Position numbers and translations under genes: made by a program. A stretch of DNA of 33,683 nt from Thermoplasmata archaeon (lineage in GTDB: Archaea > Thermoplasmatota > Thermoplasmata > Lutacidiplasmatales > UBA184): positions 1-33,683 of the forward strand of contig JASHWW010000071.1 in NCBI GenBank assembly GCA_030043855.1. The letters run 5' to 3'. Of the stretch, positions 24,687 through 33,681 are shown piece by piece. Position 1 is the first letter of the stretch; the number at the start of each line of letters is the position of its first letter. The notes beneath the pieces are model-generated. The model made no database searches and was not told the DNA's origin. It saw only the letters and a program-made list of their open reading frames with translations.

Positions 24687-27615
24687 TTCCGTCGAGCTCC
24701 CAGCGGCGCACGTCGGGGAGCGACCCGAGGGACCCCTCCACGAGCTCGAGGGGGTCGGCGAGGAGGTCGCGGGCGAGCTCGGTGCCGTGGCTTCGCAGCG
24801 CGGCGAGCAGGCGGCCCGTCGCCCCCAGCCGCACGGCCACGCGGTCGGTGTACTGCAGGTGCAGGTCCTTGCGGGTCTGCTGCAGCCGGCGCGCGACCTC
24901 CCGGACCATCCCCTCGTCCCGAAGCTCCTCGGGCGGGTGGCGGGTCAGGGCCGCGACCGGCCGTCCGTCGACCTCGCGGACCGCCCACTCCTCGTCCCCG
25001 TAGCGGGAGCGGTCCTCCGCCGGGACGCGGGCGATCCGCCGGACGTTGAGCTCCTCGGCGACGAGCGCCTCCCCTTCCGCCCCGAGGGCCGCGAGACCGC
25101 CCGGTCCCGGGGCGAAGACGACGAGCTCGGGGAGCGGGATCCGCGACTTCACGCCCGCGCGTTGCCGAAGCTCCCGGCCGACCTCGACCAGCTCCCGTAC
25201 CTCCGCCATCGCGGCTTCGAGCGACGGGTCCCGGTCCGCGAGCGGGCCGGGCCACCCGGCCAGGTGGACCGAACCGACCGCGTCGCGGTAGGCGTGCCCG
25301 CCGACCTCCTGATGGACCCACTCGGCGGTGAACGGGAGCATCGGCGCCGCCGTCCGGGCGAGGCCGAGCAGGGCGTACGAGAGCGTCGCGTGGGCGGCGC
25401 GCCGGTCCTCGCCCCCGGTCTCCGACCAGAAGCGGGGACGCGAGCGACGGACGTACCACGTGGAGAGGTCGTCGACGAAGCCACGGACCGCCTCGGCGGC
25501 CCGACGGAGGTCCGCGGCGGAGAACCCGGCCTCGGCCTCGCGGCGGGTCGTCTCCAGCCGGGAGAGGATCCATCGGTCGAGGGCGGACGCGGCGATCGGG
25601 CGGTCGGGCGCGGCCGGCAGGTCGTCCGCGCGGGCGTTGGCGAGATGGAACGCGACGACGTTCGCGAGCGTCCCGAGCGTGCGGGCCGCCGTCCGCTGGA
25701 TCGTGACGTCGCCGATCCGCATCGGCTCCGTCCAGTCGACGGCGAGGAACGTCCACCGGACCGCGTCGCCCCCGAACTTCTCGAGGGTCGCCATCGGGTC
25801 GAGGACGTTCCCCTTCGACTTCGACATCTTGTGGCCGCCCTCGTCCAGCACCATCCCGTTGACGAGGCAGGTCCGGTAGGCGGGACGGTCGAACAGGAGG
25901 GTGGCGATCACCAGCAGCGAGTAGAACCAGCCGCGGGTCTGGTCGAGCCCTTCCGCGATGTAGTCGAGCGGTTGGGTCGGGTCGAACGGGCCGGGATCGA
26001 ACGGGTAGTGGAACCCCGCGAACGGAGCGCAGCCGCTGTCGTACCAGCCGTCGATCGTGTACGGCTCCCGCGTCGCCTCCCCGCCGCACGTGGCGCACCG
26101 GAGGACCATCCGGTCGACGGTGACCCGATGCGGGTCGAACGGGGTGGGGAGCGGAGCTCCCGCCCGCTCGGCGAGCTCCGCGAAGCTTCCCACGCACGTG
26201 GCGTGTCCGGCCGCGCAGATCCAGATCGGGAGCGGGGTGCCCCAGTACCGGTTCCGGGAGAGCGCCCAGTCCTTCGCTTCCGTCAGGAAGTTCCCGAACC
26301 GGCCGTCCCGCAGGTGCTCGGGCACCCAGTGGACGGTCGCGTTGTTCCGGACGAGCCGATCGGTCGCCCGGGAGGTCCGGACGAACCAGGAGTCGATCGC
26401 CCGGTAGAGGAGCGGCGTGTCGCACCGCCAGCAGAACGGGTAGGTGTGCCGGAGGGTGGCCGCATGGAACACACGACCCCGCTCGGTCAGGTCGCGCAGC
26501 AGGATCGGGTCCGCGACCTTGAACGATTTCCCCTGCACCAGCGGCACGCGGTCGGTGAAGACGCCGCGGCTGTCGAGCGGGTCGTAAACCCCGACCTTCT
26601 CGCGCGCCCCGATCCGCTGATCGTCCGGCCCGAAGCTCGGCGCAACGTGGACGAAGCCGGTCCCGTCCTCCGTCGTGACGAAGTCGTCCAGGACGATCCG
26701 GTACCGTCCGGGTCCGGGCCCCGGGGTGTCGAACGGCGGGCGGTACTCGAGCCCTGCCAGCGCGCGCCCGGGGAGTCGCTCCACGACGTCGGCGCCGCCG
26801 GGGAAGTACCGGGGCACGGCGGCCGACGCGAGCACCAGCTCGCCGCCGTCCTCCGACCGGACCACCGCGTACTCGACGTCGGCCTTCGCCGCGACCAGCA
26901 GGTTGGCCGGGAGCGTCCACGGCGTCGTCGTCCACACCAGGAGCTCGCGGCGGCGGGGATTCGGATCCGCGAGCGTGAACCGGACGGTGACCGACGGGTC
27001 GGTCGCCTCGCGGTATCCCTGAGCCACCTCGTGCGAGGAGAGCGGCGTCTCGCACCGCGGGCAGTACGGAAGGACGTAGTGGCCCTTCTCGAGCAGTCCG
27101 CGGTCGAACAGCGTCTTCAGCGACCACCAGACGCTCTCGATGTACGGCGCGTCCATGGTCCGGTAGGCGTGGTCGTAATCGAGCCAGTAGCCGAGCCGTC
27201 GGCTCATCTCCCGCCAGACCGCGGCGACCTCGAGCACCGAGGCCCGGCAGGCGTCGCAGAACCGGTCGACGCCGTACGCTTCGATCTCCTTCTTCGACTT
27301 GACCCCGAGCCGCTTCTCGATCTCGAGCTCGACCGGGAGCCCGTGACAATCCCACCCGGCGATCGAGCTGACGATCCGCTCGCCGCGCATCCGGTGGTAG
27401 CGAAGTTCGGTATCCTTGAGCAGCCGCGAGATCAGGTGCCCCATGTGGGGCGCGCCGTTCGCCGTCGGCGGTCCCTCGGTGAACCGGAACGTCGCCCCGT
27501 CCGACGCACCCGCCACGGAGCGACCCGGGACCCCCGTCGCCTCCCAGTAGGCGAGCACGCGGGCCTGTCGGCTCGCGCCCGACGGCGTGCCCGGCTCTCC
27601 TTCCTCGGCGGCCAC
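24649..27615 (-). CDS. ileS: Isoleucine--tRNA ligase (type 2, archaeal/eukaryote-like)
   Basis: EGPPTANG.PHMGH (HIGH), GWDCHGLPVE, WTTTPWTLP, GTGFVH.AP, DWALSRNRYWGTPLP, EGLDQTRGWFYSL, KMSKSKGN. TTTTAT box (minus, 27647-27642) 26 nt before the GTG. Confidence 0.97.
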   Translation of the reverse strand: MAAEEGEPGTPSGASRQARVLAYWEATGVPGRSVAGASDGATFRFTEGPPTANGAPHMGHLISRLLKDTELRYHRMRGERIVSSIAGWDCHGLPVELEIEKRLGVKSKKEIEAYGVDRFCDACRASVLEVAAVWREMSRRLGYWLDYDHAYRTMDAPYIESVWWSLKTLFDRGLLEKGHYVLPYCPRCETPLSSHEVAQGYREATDPSVTVRFTLADPNPRRRELLVWTTTPWTLPANLLVAAKADVEYAVVRSEDGGELVLASAAVPRYFPGGADVVERLPGRALAGLEYRPPFDTPGPGPGRYRIVLDDFVTTEDGTGFVHVAPSFGPDDQRIGAREKVGVYDPLDSRGVFTDRVPLVQGKSFKVADPILLRDLTERGRVFHAATLRHTYPFCWRCDTPLLYRAIDSWFVRTSRATDRLVRNNATVHWVPEHLRDGRFGNFLTEAKDWALSRNRYWGTPLPIWICAAGHATCVGSFAELAERAGAPLPTPFDPHRVTVDRMVLRCATCGGEATREPYTIDGWYDSGCAPFAGFHYPFDPGPFDPTQPLDYIAEGLDQTRGWFYSLLVIATLLFDRPAYRTCLVNGMVLDEGGHKMSKSKGNVLDPMATLEKFGGDAVRWTFLAVDWTEPMRIGDVTIQRTAARTLGTLANVVAFHLANARADDLPAAPDRPIAASALDRWILSRLETTRREAEAGFSAADLRRAAEAVRGFVDDLSTWYVRRSRPRFWSETGGEDRRAAHATLSYALLGLARTAAPMLPFTAEWVHQEVGGHAYRDAVGSVHLAGWPGPLADRDPSLEAAMAEVRELVEVGRELRQRAGVKSRIPLPELVVFAPGPGGLAALGAEGEALVAEELNVRRIARVPAEDRSRYGDEEWAVREVDGRPVAALTRHPPEELRDEGMVREVARRLQQTRKDLHLQYTDRVAVRLGATGRLLAALRSHGTELARDLLADPLELVEGSLGSLPDVRRWELDGTSFEAVVAPRTD

Positions 27616-27661
27616 GGTCGACCCGCGACGCGGGACGGGGGATAAAACTCCGCGTCCGGCG

Positions 27662-28459
27662 CTACCGCCGCAGACCGTACGGCGGCGGACTCTTCGACCG
27701 GGGGCCGACGCGCGCGGAGGGGTGGCGCCGGACGATCGTCCCCTCCACCGCGGTCACCTGCGCGTCGCGGCCGAGGACGATCTCCTTCGCCTCCACGAGT
27801 TCGACGTCGACGCCGACGATCTCGGCGCGGTCGGCGGAGACGCTGCCGACCGACACCGCCAGGTGCCGGCCGAGGACTTTCTCGATCAGATTCGGAGGAT
27901 GTCCGGTCAGTCGGACGGTCCGGGCCGCCACCGACCCGATCTGCGATCGAGCCCGAAAACGGGCGTCGACGAGCAGGGCCCGCACGTCGCCCGGGATCTC
28001 GGCGGCGCCGTCCAGGTGGAACTCCCCGGCGGCGACCGACGGAGCACGCAGCGCACCGCGCACGGAGAGGAGTCGCTCGACCTGGACGGGCCCGACCGTC
28101 TGGCACTGTCCGTCGAGCCGCGCGTCGCCCGCCCGGAGCGCGGCGCCCGCCCGCAGCTCGCCCGCGAGCGTGAGCGCCCCGGTCACGGCCGCGGCCCCGC
28201 TCAGAACGGCGGACCCCCGCAATTGCACGGCATCGGCGGTCAATGTCCCGCCGATCGCGACCTGCCCGTCGAGGTCGGCGCGTCCGACGTCGGCGTCGCC
28301 GACGACCTTCACGATTCCCCGCGCGGTCCACCGCTCGGCGACGATCGACGGATGGCGGGCCGCGCCCTCGTCTCGGATCGCTCCCGTGCGCGCGGGGCGA
28401 GAGGACGGGGGAGGCGCCGCGCCGGCGGGCGTCGCCGGCGTCACGGCCGCCGCCGACAT
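27662..28459 (-). CDS. Bactofilin-like (polymer-forming cytoskeletal) beta-helix protein, YhbE/YhbF-like
   Basis: Repeated V.G/L.G short beta-strand units and a C-terminal V.AD.A.I..V.V..V.A..I.LG...V..VE pattern. ATG 28459 overlaps the upstream stop (TGATG). Confidence 0.65.
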   Translation of the reverse strand: MSAAAVTPATPAGAAPPPSSRPARTGAIRDEGAARHPSIVAERWTARGIVKVVGDADVGRADLDGQVAIGGTLTADAVQLRGSAVLSGAAAVTGALTLAGELRAGAALRAGDARLDGQCQTVGPVQVERLLSVRGALRAPSVAAGEFHLDGAAEIPGDVRALLVDARFRARSQIGSVAARTVRLTGHPPNLIEKVLGRHLAVSVGSVSADRAEIVGVDVELVEAKEIVLGRDAQVTAVEGTIVRRHPSARVGPRSKSPPPYGLRR

Positions 28460-28890
28460 CAGTTCCTCGCGATCGGCGGGATCCGCAGCCGCCGGTGCTG
28501 CACCATGATGCACTCGTCCTCGATCGTCGTGATCCCGGCGGCCGCGGCCGCGGCGGCCGCCGCGGGGTGGACGACGCCGAGTTGCATCCAGAGCGCGGGA
28601 ACGTGCCGGTCGATCGCGGCGGCGACAATCGGGGGGACCTCCGCGCTGCGACGGAAGACGTCGACGAGGTCGATCCGGACGTCGTCGGGTACGTCCCCGA
28701 GCGCGGGGTACGCCGGCTCGCCGAGCACCTCGCGCACGTTCGGGTTGACGGGGACGACACGGTACCCCTGGGCCTGGAGATATCGCGCGATCGCGTGCGA
28801 GTCCCGCGCCGGCTTCTCCGAGAGGCCCACGACCGCGATCGTGCGGGCCCGGGTCAACAGTGAGCGCACCGTCGCGTCGTCCGGGAGCAT
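28459..28890 (-). CDS. CoA-binding protein (YccU-like)
   Basis: TIAVVGLSEKPARDS..IA.YLQ..GY.VVPVNP, IDLVDVFRR, LWMQLGV, D.CIM. ATG 28890. Confidence 0.92.
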   Translation of the reverse strand: MLPDDATVRSLLTRARTIAVVGLSEKPARDSHAIARYLQAQGYRVVPVNPNVREVLGEPAYPALGDVPDDVRIDLVDVFRRSAEVPPIVAAAIDRHVPALWMQLGVVHPAAAAAAAAAGITTIEDECIMVQHRRLRIPPIARN

Positions 28891-28980
28891 CGTCCGGGCA
28901 GGCCGGCTCCCGCTTTTGATGGTGACGGAGCCGCCGACCGCTCGCCGGGGGGCTATATCGGGGTGGCCGCTCGCCGGACG

Positions 28981-29367
28981 ATGCACCTCGACTACGCCGG
29001 CCTCCGCGTGACGCGACTGGCCCGATCCGTCCGGTTCTTCGAGAGCGCGCTCGGGCTTCGCGAGATCCGTCGCGGGACGATGGCCCACGGCGGGGTCTGG
29101 GTCCTCCTGGAGGACCCGACGTCGCATCAGCGCCTCGAGCTCAACTGGTACCCGCCCGGGTCGCCGTACGCCGTCGAGTTCCGCGCCGGCGAGGGGCTCG
29201 ACCACCTCGGGGTCCGGGTGCACAGCCTCCCCGCGGCCGGCCGCCGTCTGCGGGCCGCGGGGGCCCATCGGGTCCACCAGATCCGCTACCGGGGCCGCGT
29301 GGAGTTGGAGTACTGGGAAGGACCGGACGGCGTCTGGGTCGAACTGATCCGGGATCCGGTGACCTGA
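28981..29367 (+). CDS. VOC/glyoxalase-family protein
   Basis: GLRV..L.RSV.FF...LGL, LELNWY, LDHLGVRV, GPDGVWVEL. TATAT box at 28954-28958. Confidence 0.88.
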   Translation: MHLDYAGLRVTRLARSVRFFESALGLREIRRGTMAHGGVWVLLEDPTSHQRLELNWYPPGSPYAVEFRAGEGLDHLGVRVHSLPAAGRRLRAAGAHRVHQIRYRGRVELEYWEGPDGVWVELIRDPVT

Positions 29368-29382
29368 CCGTCGGCGGGAGTA

Positions 29383-30231
29383 CTACGGGGACCCGCTCGT
29401 GCGGGTCGCCGTCCCGGGTGGGTGATTCTCCGCGCGCAGGTAGTGGATCAGGGCGACGAGGCCCCCGGCGAGGATCACCAGGTAATGGATCGCCACCCCG
29501 ACCTCCCCCACGACGAGGGTGAGGTACGCGCTCGCGTCGTTCTCGCCGTGCAGCAGGGCCACGACGACCAGGTTGCCGCCCGAGAGTCGGTACGTGGCCG
29601 CGAATCCGAAGCCGATCAGGAACAACGTCGGGAAGATCAGCGGGGACGCCGGTCCGTAGGTCAGACCGTAGTACAGGTGGACCCCCGCGAAGATCGCGCT
29701 CGTCCAGGCGGCCGGACCGATCCACGATTTCGAACGGCTCGCCCAGTAGCCGAAGATCCACCCCCGGAAGATCGTCTCCTCGACCGCCCCGACGACGAAC
29801 GAGAACCCGACGAAGAACCACGGGTCGCCGCGTGCCTGCTCCAGCGCCGGGTTCGGCTTCCCGAGGAGCTGGAGGGCCGCCGGGTCGACCAGCTCGTAGA
29901 CGACCGCGAGCGCGATGACGATGCCGAGGGCGAGGAGCGACAGGGCGCCGTACCAGCGCAGTCCCTCCCAGGTCGCCCGGCCCATCCGGTCCCGCCACGC
30001 ACGCAGGGACGCGGGACCCAGCAGGATCGAGAAGGTGAGGATCGGGATCCCGTAGACGACGAACAGGTCGCCCGGCAGGTTCCCGTACACGACGAGCGTC
30101 GCGGGCCACTCGACCGGTACGAAGTACTGGCTCAGGATCGCGACGACGGTGATCGCGACTCCGAGGACGTACGCCCCGGTCGAGGCCGGGGACCGAGGCG
30201 GCAGGGGCGGCTCGCCCGTCCGGTCGTCCAC
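29383..30231 (-). CDS. CPBP/Abi family intramembrane metalloprotease (CAAX protease-like)
   Basis: EETIFRG (EExxxR), FAGVH (FxxxH) and HGEND (HxxxB) motifs with multiple TM segments. Confidence 0.88.
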   Translation of the reverse strand: MDDRTGEPPLPPRSPASTGAYVLGVAITVVAILSQYFVPVEWPATLVVYGNLPGDLFVVYGIPILTFSILLGPASLRAWRDRMGRATWEGLRWYGALSLLALGIVIALAVVYELVDPAALQLLGKPNPALEQARGDPWFFVGFSFVVGAVEETIFRGWIFGYWASRSKSWIGPAAWTSAIFAGVHLYYGLTYGPASPLIFPTLFLIGFGFAATYRLSGGNLVVVALLHGENDASAYLTLVVGEVGVAIHYLVILAGGLVALIHYLRAENHPPGTATRTSGSP

Positions 30232-30292
30232 GCGCCGGCGAGCGGCCCGGCCTACTTATCCCCCCGCGCCGCCGTCCGCGGGCGGCGCCCGG

Positions 30293-32104
30293 ATGCGGAT
30301 CCTCGTCCTCGCGAAGGCGGTCCCGGCGCTCGACCGGCTCGTCTTCGACCCGGTGCGGCGCACCGTCGACCGGAGCGTCGCGGAGCTGTTCCTGAACCCG
30401 TTCGACCAGCGCGCGCTGCGGGTCGGGATCGACCTCCGCCGAGACGGAGATCGCGTGCTCGTCGCCTCGCTCGGACCCCCGGCCGCGGTCGGCCCGCTCC
30501 GCGAGGCGATGGCCGTGGGAGCCGACCGGGCGATCCTCGTCACCGATCCGGCGTTCGCCGGCTCGGATACGCTCGCGACGTCCCGCGCCTTGGCCGGCGT
30601 GGTGCGCGCGGTCGACCCGCAGGTGGTGCTCGTCGGGGCCTGGACGACCGATAGCGAGACGGGCCAAGTCGGTCCGGAGCTCGCGGCGCTGCTCGGTTGG
30701 CCGGTCGCCACGGTCGCCCGCTCGCTCGAGTGGGATCCCGCGCGGTCGGGGATCGAGGTCGTCTGCGACACCGCGGACGGTTGGGCGGGCTGGCATCTGC
30801 CCCTGCCGGCGGTCGTCTCCGTCGGCGAGAAGATCGCGAAGCCGTTGCGGCCCGATCCGGCGGCCCTGGCGGGCGTTGCGGACGCCGCGATCGACCGGTG
30901 GTCGGCGGAGCAGCTCGGCGTACCGGTCGAGGCGGTCGGTCTCCGGGGTTCGCCGACGATCGTCGTGGCCGTGCAGGAGGCCGCGGTCGCGCGGACCCCG
31001 GTCGTCGTCGCGGACGGCGAGATCTCGACGCGTGTCGAGCGTGCGGTCCGCGCCCTCGCGCCCCGCCTTCGGGCTCGCGTGCCGGTTCCTCCCCTGCCGC
31101 CGGTGCCCGGGGAGGTCACGGACGGATCCGAGGTCGCCGTGCTGGTCACGGGACCGGACGGAACGCTCCTCGGCGGCACGGTCGGGGCGGTCGCCGAGGT
31201 CCGCCGCGCCCTGCCGGGGCATTGGGCGTCGGTCGTCTGGGTCGGGGCACCGCCCACGGAGGCCGACCGGTTCCGGCTCGCCGGCGCCGGGGCGCGGGCC
31301 GGGTACCTCGACGAGTCCGCGGAGCCGAGGGTCGACCCCGATCGAGCCGTGGCCGCTCTGGAAGGTCTCCTTCGGGAGCGCCCGCGTCTCGCGGGCCTGA
31401 TCCTGGCCGCCGACCCGTTCGGCCGCGAGGTCGCGGGGGCGTTGGCGGCACGGAACGCGCTCGGATTGACCGGGGACGCCATCGGACTGCACCTCGATGT
31501 CGACGGCACGATCGTGTGGACAAAGCCGTCGTTCGGCGGTCGGACGGTCGCCACGATCCGGAGTCGGACGCGGCCGTCGGTCGCGACGGCGCGTCCGGGC
31601 GTCTTCGCCGTTCCCCCTCCGACGCCGGATCGGACGGGATTCGTATGGCACACGCTCGAGCCGACCCGACGGCCCTCCCGCCGGACCCCCCGTGGGTCCG
31701 GTCGAGAGGTCGGGGACGTGCCGGAGCTCGACGCGTTCGACGTGATCGTCGCCGTCGGAATGGGGGTCGGCGGGCCGGACGGGATCGCGCGCCTCGCCCC
31801 GACCCTCCGTCGTTGGGGTGCGGGCCTCGCGGCGACTCGCCGCGTGGTGGATGCGGGATGGGTGCCCCGCCAGCGTCAGGTAGGACTCACCGGCCATCTG
31901 CTGGCGCCGCGGCTCGCGATCCTGCTCGGCGTCTCCGGGTCCGTGAACCACGCGGTCGGATGGCGTCGCGCCGGCGCCGTCCTCGCCGTCAACCGGGACC
32001 CGGCGGCCCCCGTTTTCCAGGACGTGGACGTCGGGATCGTCGGAGAGATCGACGCGGTGCTACCCGCCCTCGTCGGACCGATCGCGGCCGCCCTCGGTCG
32101 CTGA
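30293..32104 (+). CDS. Fused electron transfer flavoprotein beta-alpha (EtfB-EtfA)
   Basis: N-terminal EtfB motifs (NPFDQRAL, GADRAIL..D..FAGSDTLATS, DSETGQVGP) and C-terminal EtfA motifs (GLTGD, KPSFGG, ATARPG, TRRVVDAGW....QVGLTG, GVSGS.NH..G, AVNRDP.APVF) in a single 603-aa frame. Confidence 0.9.
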   Translation: MRILVLAKAVPALDRLVFDPVRRTVDRSVAELFLNPFDQRALRVGIDLRRDGDRVLVASLGPPAAVGPLREAMAVGADRAILVTDPAFAGSDTLATSRALAGVVRAVDPQVVLVGAWTTDSETGQVGPELAALLGWPVATVARSLEWDPARSGIEVVCDTADGWAGWHLPLPAVVSVGEKIAKPLRPDPAALAGVADAAIDRWSAEQLGVPVEAVGLRGSPTIVVAVQEAAVARTPVVVADGEISTRVERAVRALAPRLRARVPVPPLPPVPGEVTDGSEVAVLVTGPDGTLLGGTVGAVAEVRRALPGHWASVVWVGAPPTEADRFRLAGAGARAGYLDESAEPRVDPDRAVAALEGLLRERPRLAGLILAADPFGREVAGALAARNALGLTGDAIGLHLDVDGTIVWTKPSFGGRTVATIRSRTRPSVATARPGVFAVPPPTPDRTGFVWHTLEPTRRPSRRTPRGSGREVGDVPELDAFDVIVAVGMGVGGPDGIARLAPTLRRWGAGLAATRRVVDAGWVPRQRQVGLTGHLLAPRLAILLGVSGSVNHAVGWRRAGAVLAVNRDPAAPVFQDVDVGIVGEIDAVLPALVGPIAAALGR

Positions 32105-32326
32105 CGCCCCCTCGGACGAGGCGAGGCGGTCGGCCGCGGCGAGGCACGCCATCAGGTCCTCCAGGGTCGCGCGGGCGCTCCCGGGAGTACGGGCCGTCAG
32201 CTCGATCGTCAGCGCGTTCCCGTCGATCCGGAGGGTGACGAACTCCGGCGTGTCGGCCGCCACCGCCCGGAGCAGGGCGGCGGCCCCCGCCGGCGTGGCG
32301 CACTCGCGGCGGACGGAGACCGTCAC
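32060..32326 (-). CDS. pcc1: KEOPS complex subunit Pcc1-like protein
   Basis: 88 aa from GTG 32326, which overlaps the DUF1028 stop as GTGA: ...V.LRIDGNALTIELTARTPGSARATLEDLMACL, matching the Pcc1 strand-helix pattern. The 3' end overlaps the etf gene by 45 nt. Confidence 0.7.
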   Translation of the reverse strand: MTVSVRRECATPAGAAALLRAVAADTPEFVTLRIDGNALTIELTARTPGSARATLEDLMACLAAADRLASSEGASATEGGRDRSDEGG

Positions 32327-33318
32327 TTCGACGTCGAGCGGGGCGGCTGCGTCGGGGATGCTCCACCTCCCGGCGGGGCCGCACCGGGGCCGCGGTCGAG
32401 CGCCCCGGGCACGATCGGCGCCGTCCGGGTCCGGCGCGCCGTCTCGGCCGCCGCCTGCTGCTTGAGGTACTCGAGGACGGACGGCCAGACCGTGTCGTCG
32501 TCCCGCTGCTTGTTCTCGAAGTTGTGCTCGCCGATGAACCGGGAGAACGCGGCCCGCCCGGCGTCGTCCCACGCGCCGGTGAGTCGGCCCGTGTAGTAGC
32601 CCAGGACGTGCAGGTCGTGCTGGAGCGCGACCGCGGTCTCGCCGGAGATCGGGAGCACCGTCGCCGGGTCCTCGCGGGAGAGCATCGTGAGGTCGTAGAG
32701 ACGGAAGATGCGCCGGAGCTCCTCGATCGGCGAGACGTGGTCGTCGACGCGGAGGTCGACCCAGCGGTCGCTGCCGCCATACCCCGCGCCGGCGCGGGCA
32801 ACGTAGAGCGCGGCCGACTGCATTCCCCGCTTGTCCCCGCCCTCGCGCTGGCCCGCCGCGAGCGCGGCGAGGAGCCGGTCGAGGATGTCCCCGGGCGTCG
32901 CCTCGTACGTCCGGGCCATCGCGCGGACGACCCCGGGACCGAACAGGATGTTCCCCTGGCAGGCGAAGCCGTCCCCGACCTCGTGCCCGGCCCACTCCAT
33001 GCACTTCGCACCGGTGAACGACGCGGCCCGGCCCTTCGCGTCCACGACGCCCAGCTGCCGCTCGTCGCGGCCCGCGTCGGCGGCGGTGAGCTTGCGCACG
33101 ACGTCCGACGCCGCGGTCCCCTGGCGGAGCAGCGCGAGCGCGTCGTGCCCGTACTCGAAGTTCGCGAGCGCCTGGGTGGCGACCGCCCCGACCCCGGCCT
33201 CGGCGAACGGCACGACGGAGCCGACCGAGATGAACCGCGACTGGACCGCCACGCCCCACGCCCCGAGCTCGCGGTCGTGGGCGACGATCGAGAACGTTCC
33301 GAACCGAGGATGCGGCAT
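32323..33318 (-). CDS. DUF1028 (Ntn-hydrolase-like) protein with a C-terminal helical putative peptidoglycan-binding-like domain
   Basis: TFSIVA...GVAVQS...VGSVVP..AGVGAVATQA, RQLGVVD, QGNIL, GGDKRGMQSAAL, DLRVDDH..PI.EL. CTTAAG box about 26 nt before the ATG. Confidence 0.92.
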   Translation of the reverse strand: MPHPRFGTFSIVAHDRELGAWGVAVQSRFISVGSVVPFAEAGVGAVATQALANFEYGHDALALLRQGTAASDVVRKLTAADAGRDERQLGVVDAKGRAASFTGAKCMEWAGHEVGDGFACQGNILFGPGVVRAMARTYEATPGDILDRLLAALAAGQREGGDKRGMQSAALYVARAGAGYGGSDRWVDLRVDDHVSPIEELRRIFRLYDLTMLSREDPATVLPISGETAVALQHDLHVLGYYTGRLTGAWDDAGRAAFSRFIGEHNFENKQRDDDTVWPSVLEYLKQQAAAETARRTRTAPIVPGALDRGPGAAPPGGGASPTQPPRSTSK

Positions 33319-33345
33319 CGGGCGAAGGGGACGCGGGGGGGTCCC

Positions 33346-33681
33346 TTAAGGTGGCGGGAGGCCGGACGACGCCGCATCGATCGCGGCGAGCAACCGGTCG
33401 AGCCGGGCGGTCGCCGCGCTCCGGTCGCCCGCCTGCCGGAGCGCGTCGATGGCCCGCAGTTCCTCGACCTCGGCGTCGACCCGGCGGCCCTGGCCGGCGA
33501 GCAAGGTCAAGAGCCGACCCGCGAGGTTCGCCCGCTGCAGCAGGCGATCCTCCTCGGGGTCCGGCGTCGCGTCGGCGATCCCGCTCGGCGTGTACTCGAC
33601 GAGACCGCGGGGCCACTGGGTCACTTCGCCCTCCCCGCGCCGGACCGGCCGCCGCGGCGCCGGCGACCCGTCGCCGCTCAC
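33346..33681 (-). CDS. Hypothetical protein (start may lie outside the window)
   Basis: Open 111-codon frame with a helical-looking C-terminal half. Its TAA stop coincides with the TATA-like box of the DUF1028 gene. Confidence 0.55.
   Translation of the reverse strand: MSGDGSPAPRRPVRRGEGEVTQWPRGLVEYTPSGIADATPDPEEDRLLQRANLAGRLLTLLAGQGRRVDAEVEELRAIDALRQAGDRSAATARLDRLLAAIDAASSGLPPP

Noticed and set aside
27437-27448. HMGH instead of HIGH in IleRS as a novelty
   Set aside because: Variation at the second position of the HIGH motif is ordinary in class I synthetases; the KMSKS and editing motifs are intact.
29383-30231. CPBP/'Abi' protein as an anti-phage abortive infection system
   Set aside because: The family name is historical. 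The motifs indicate an ordinary intramembrane protease and there are no neighbouring defence genes.
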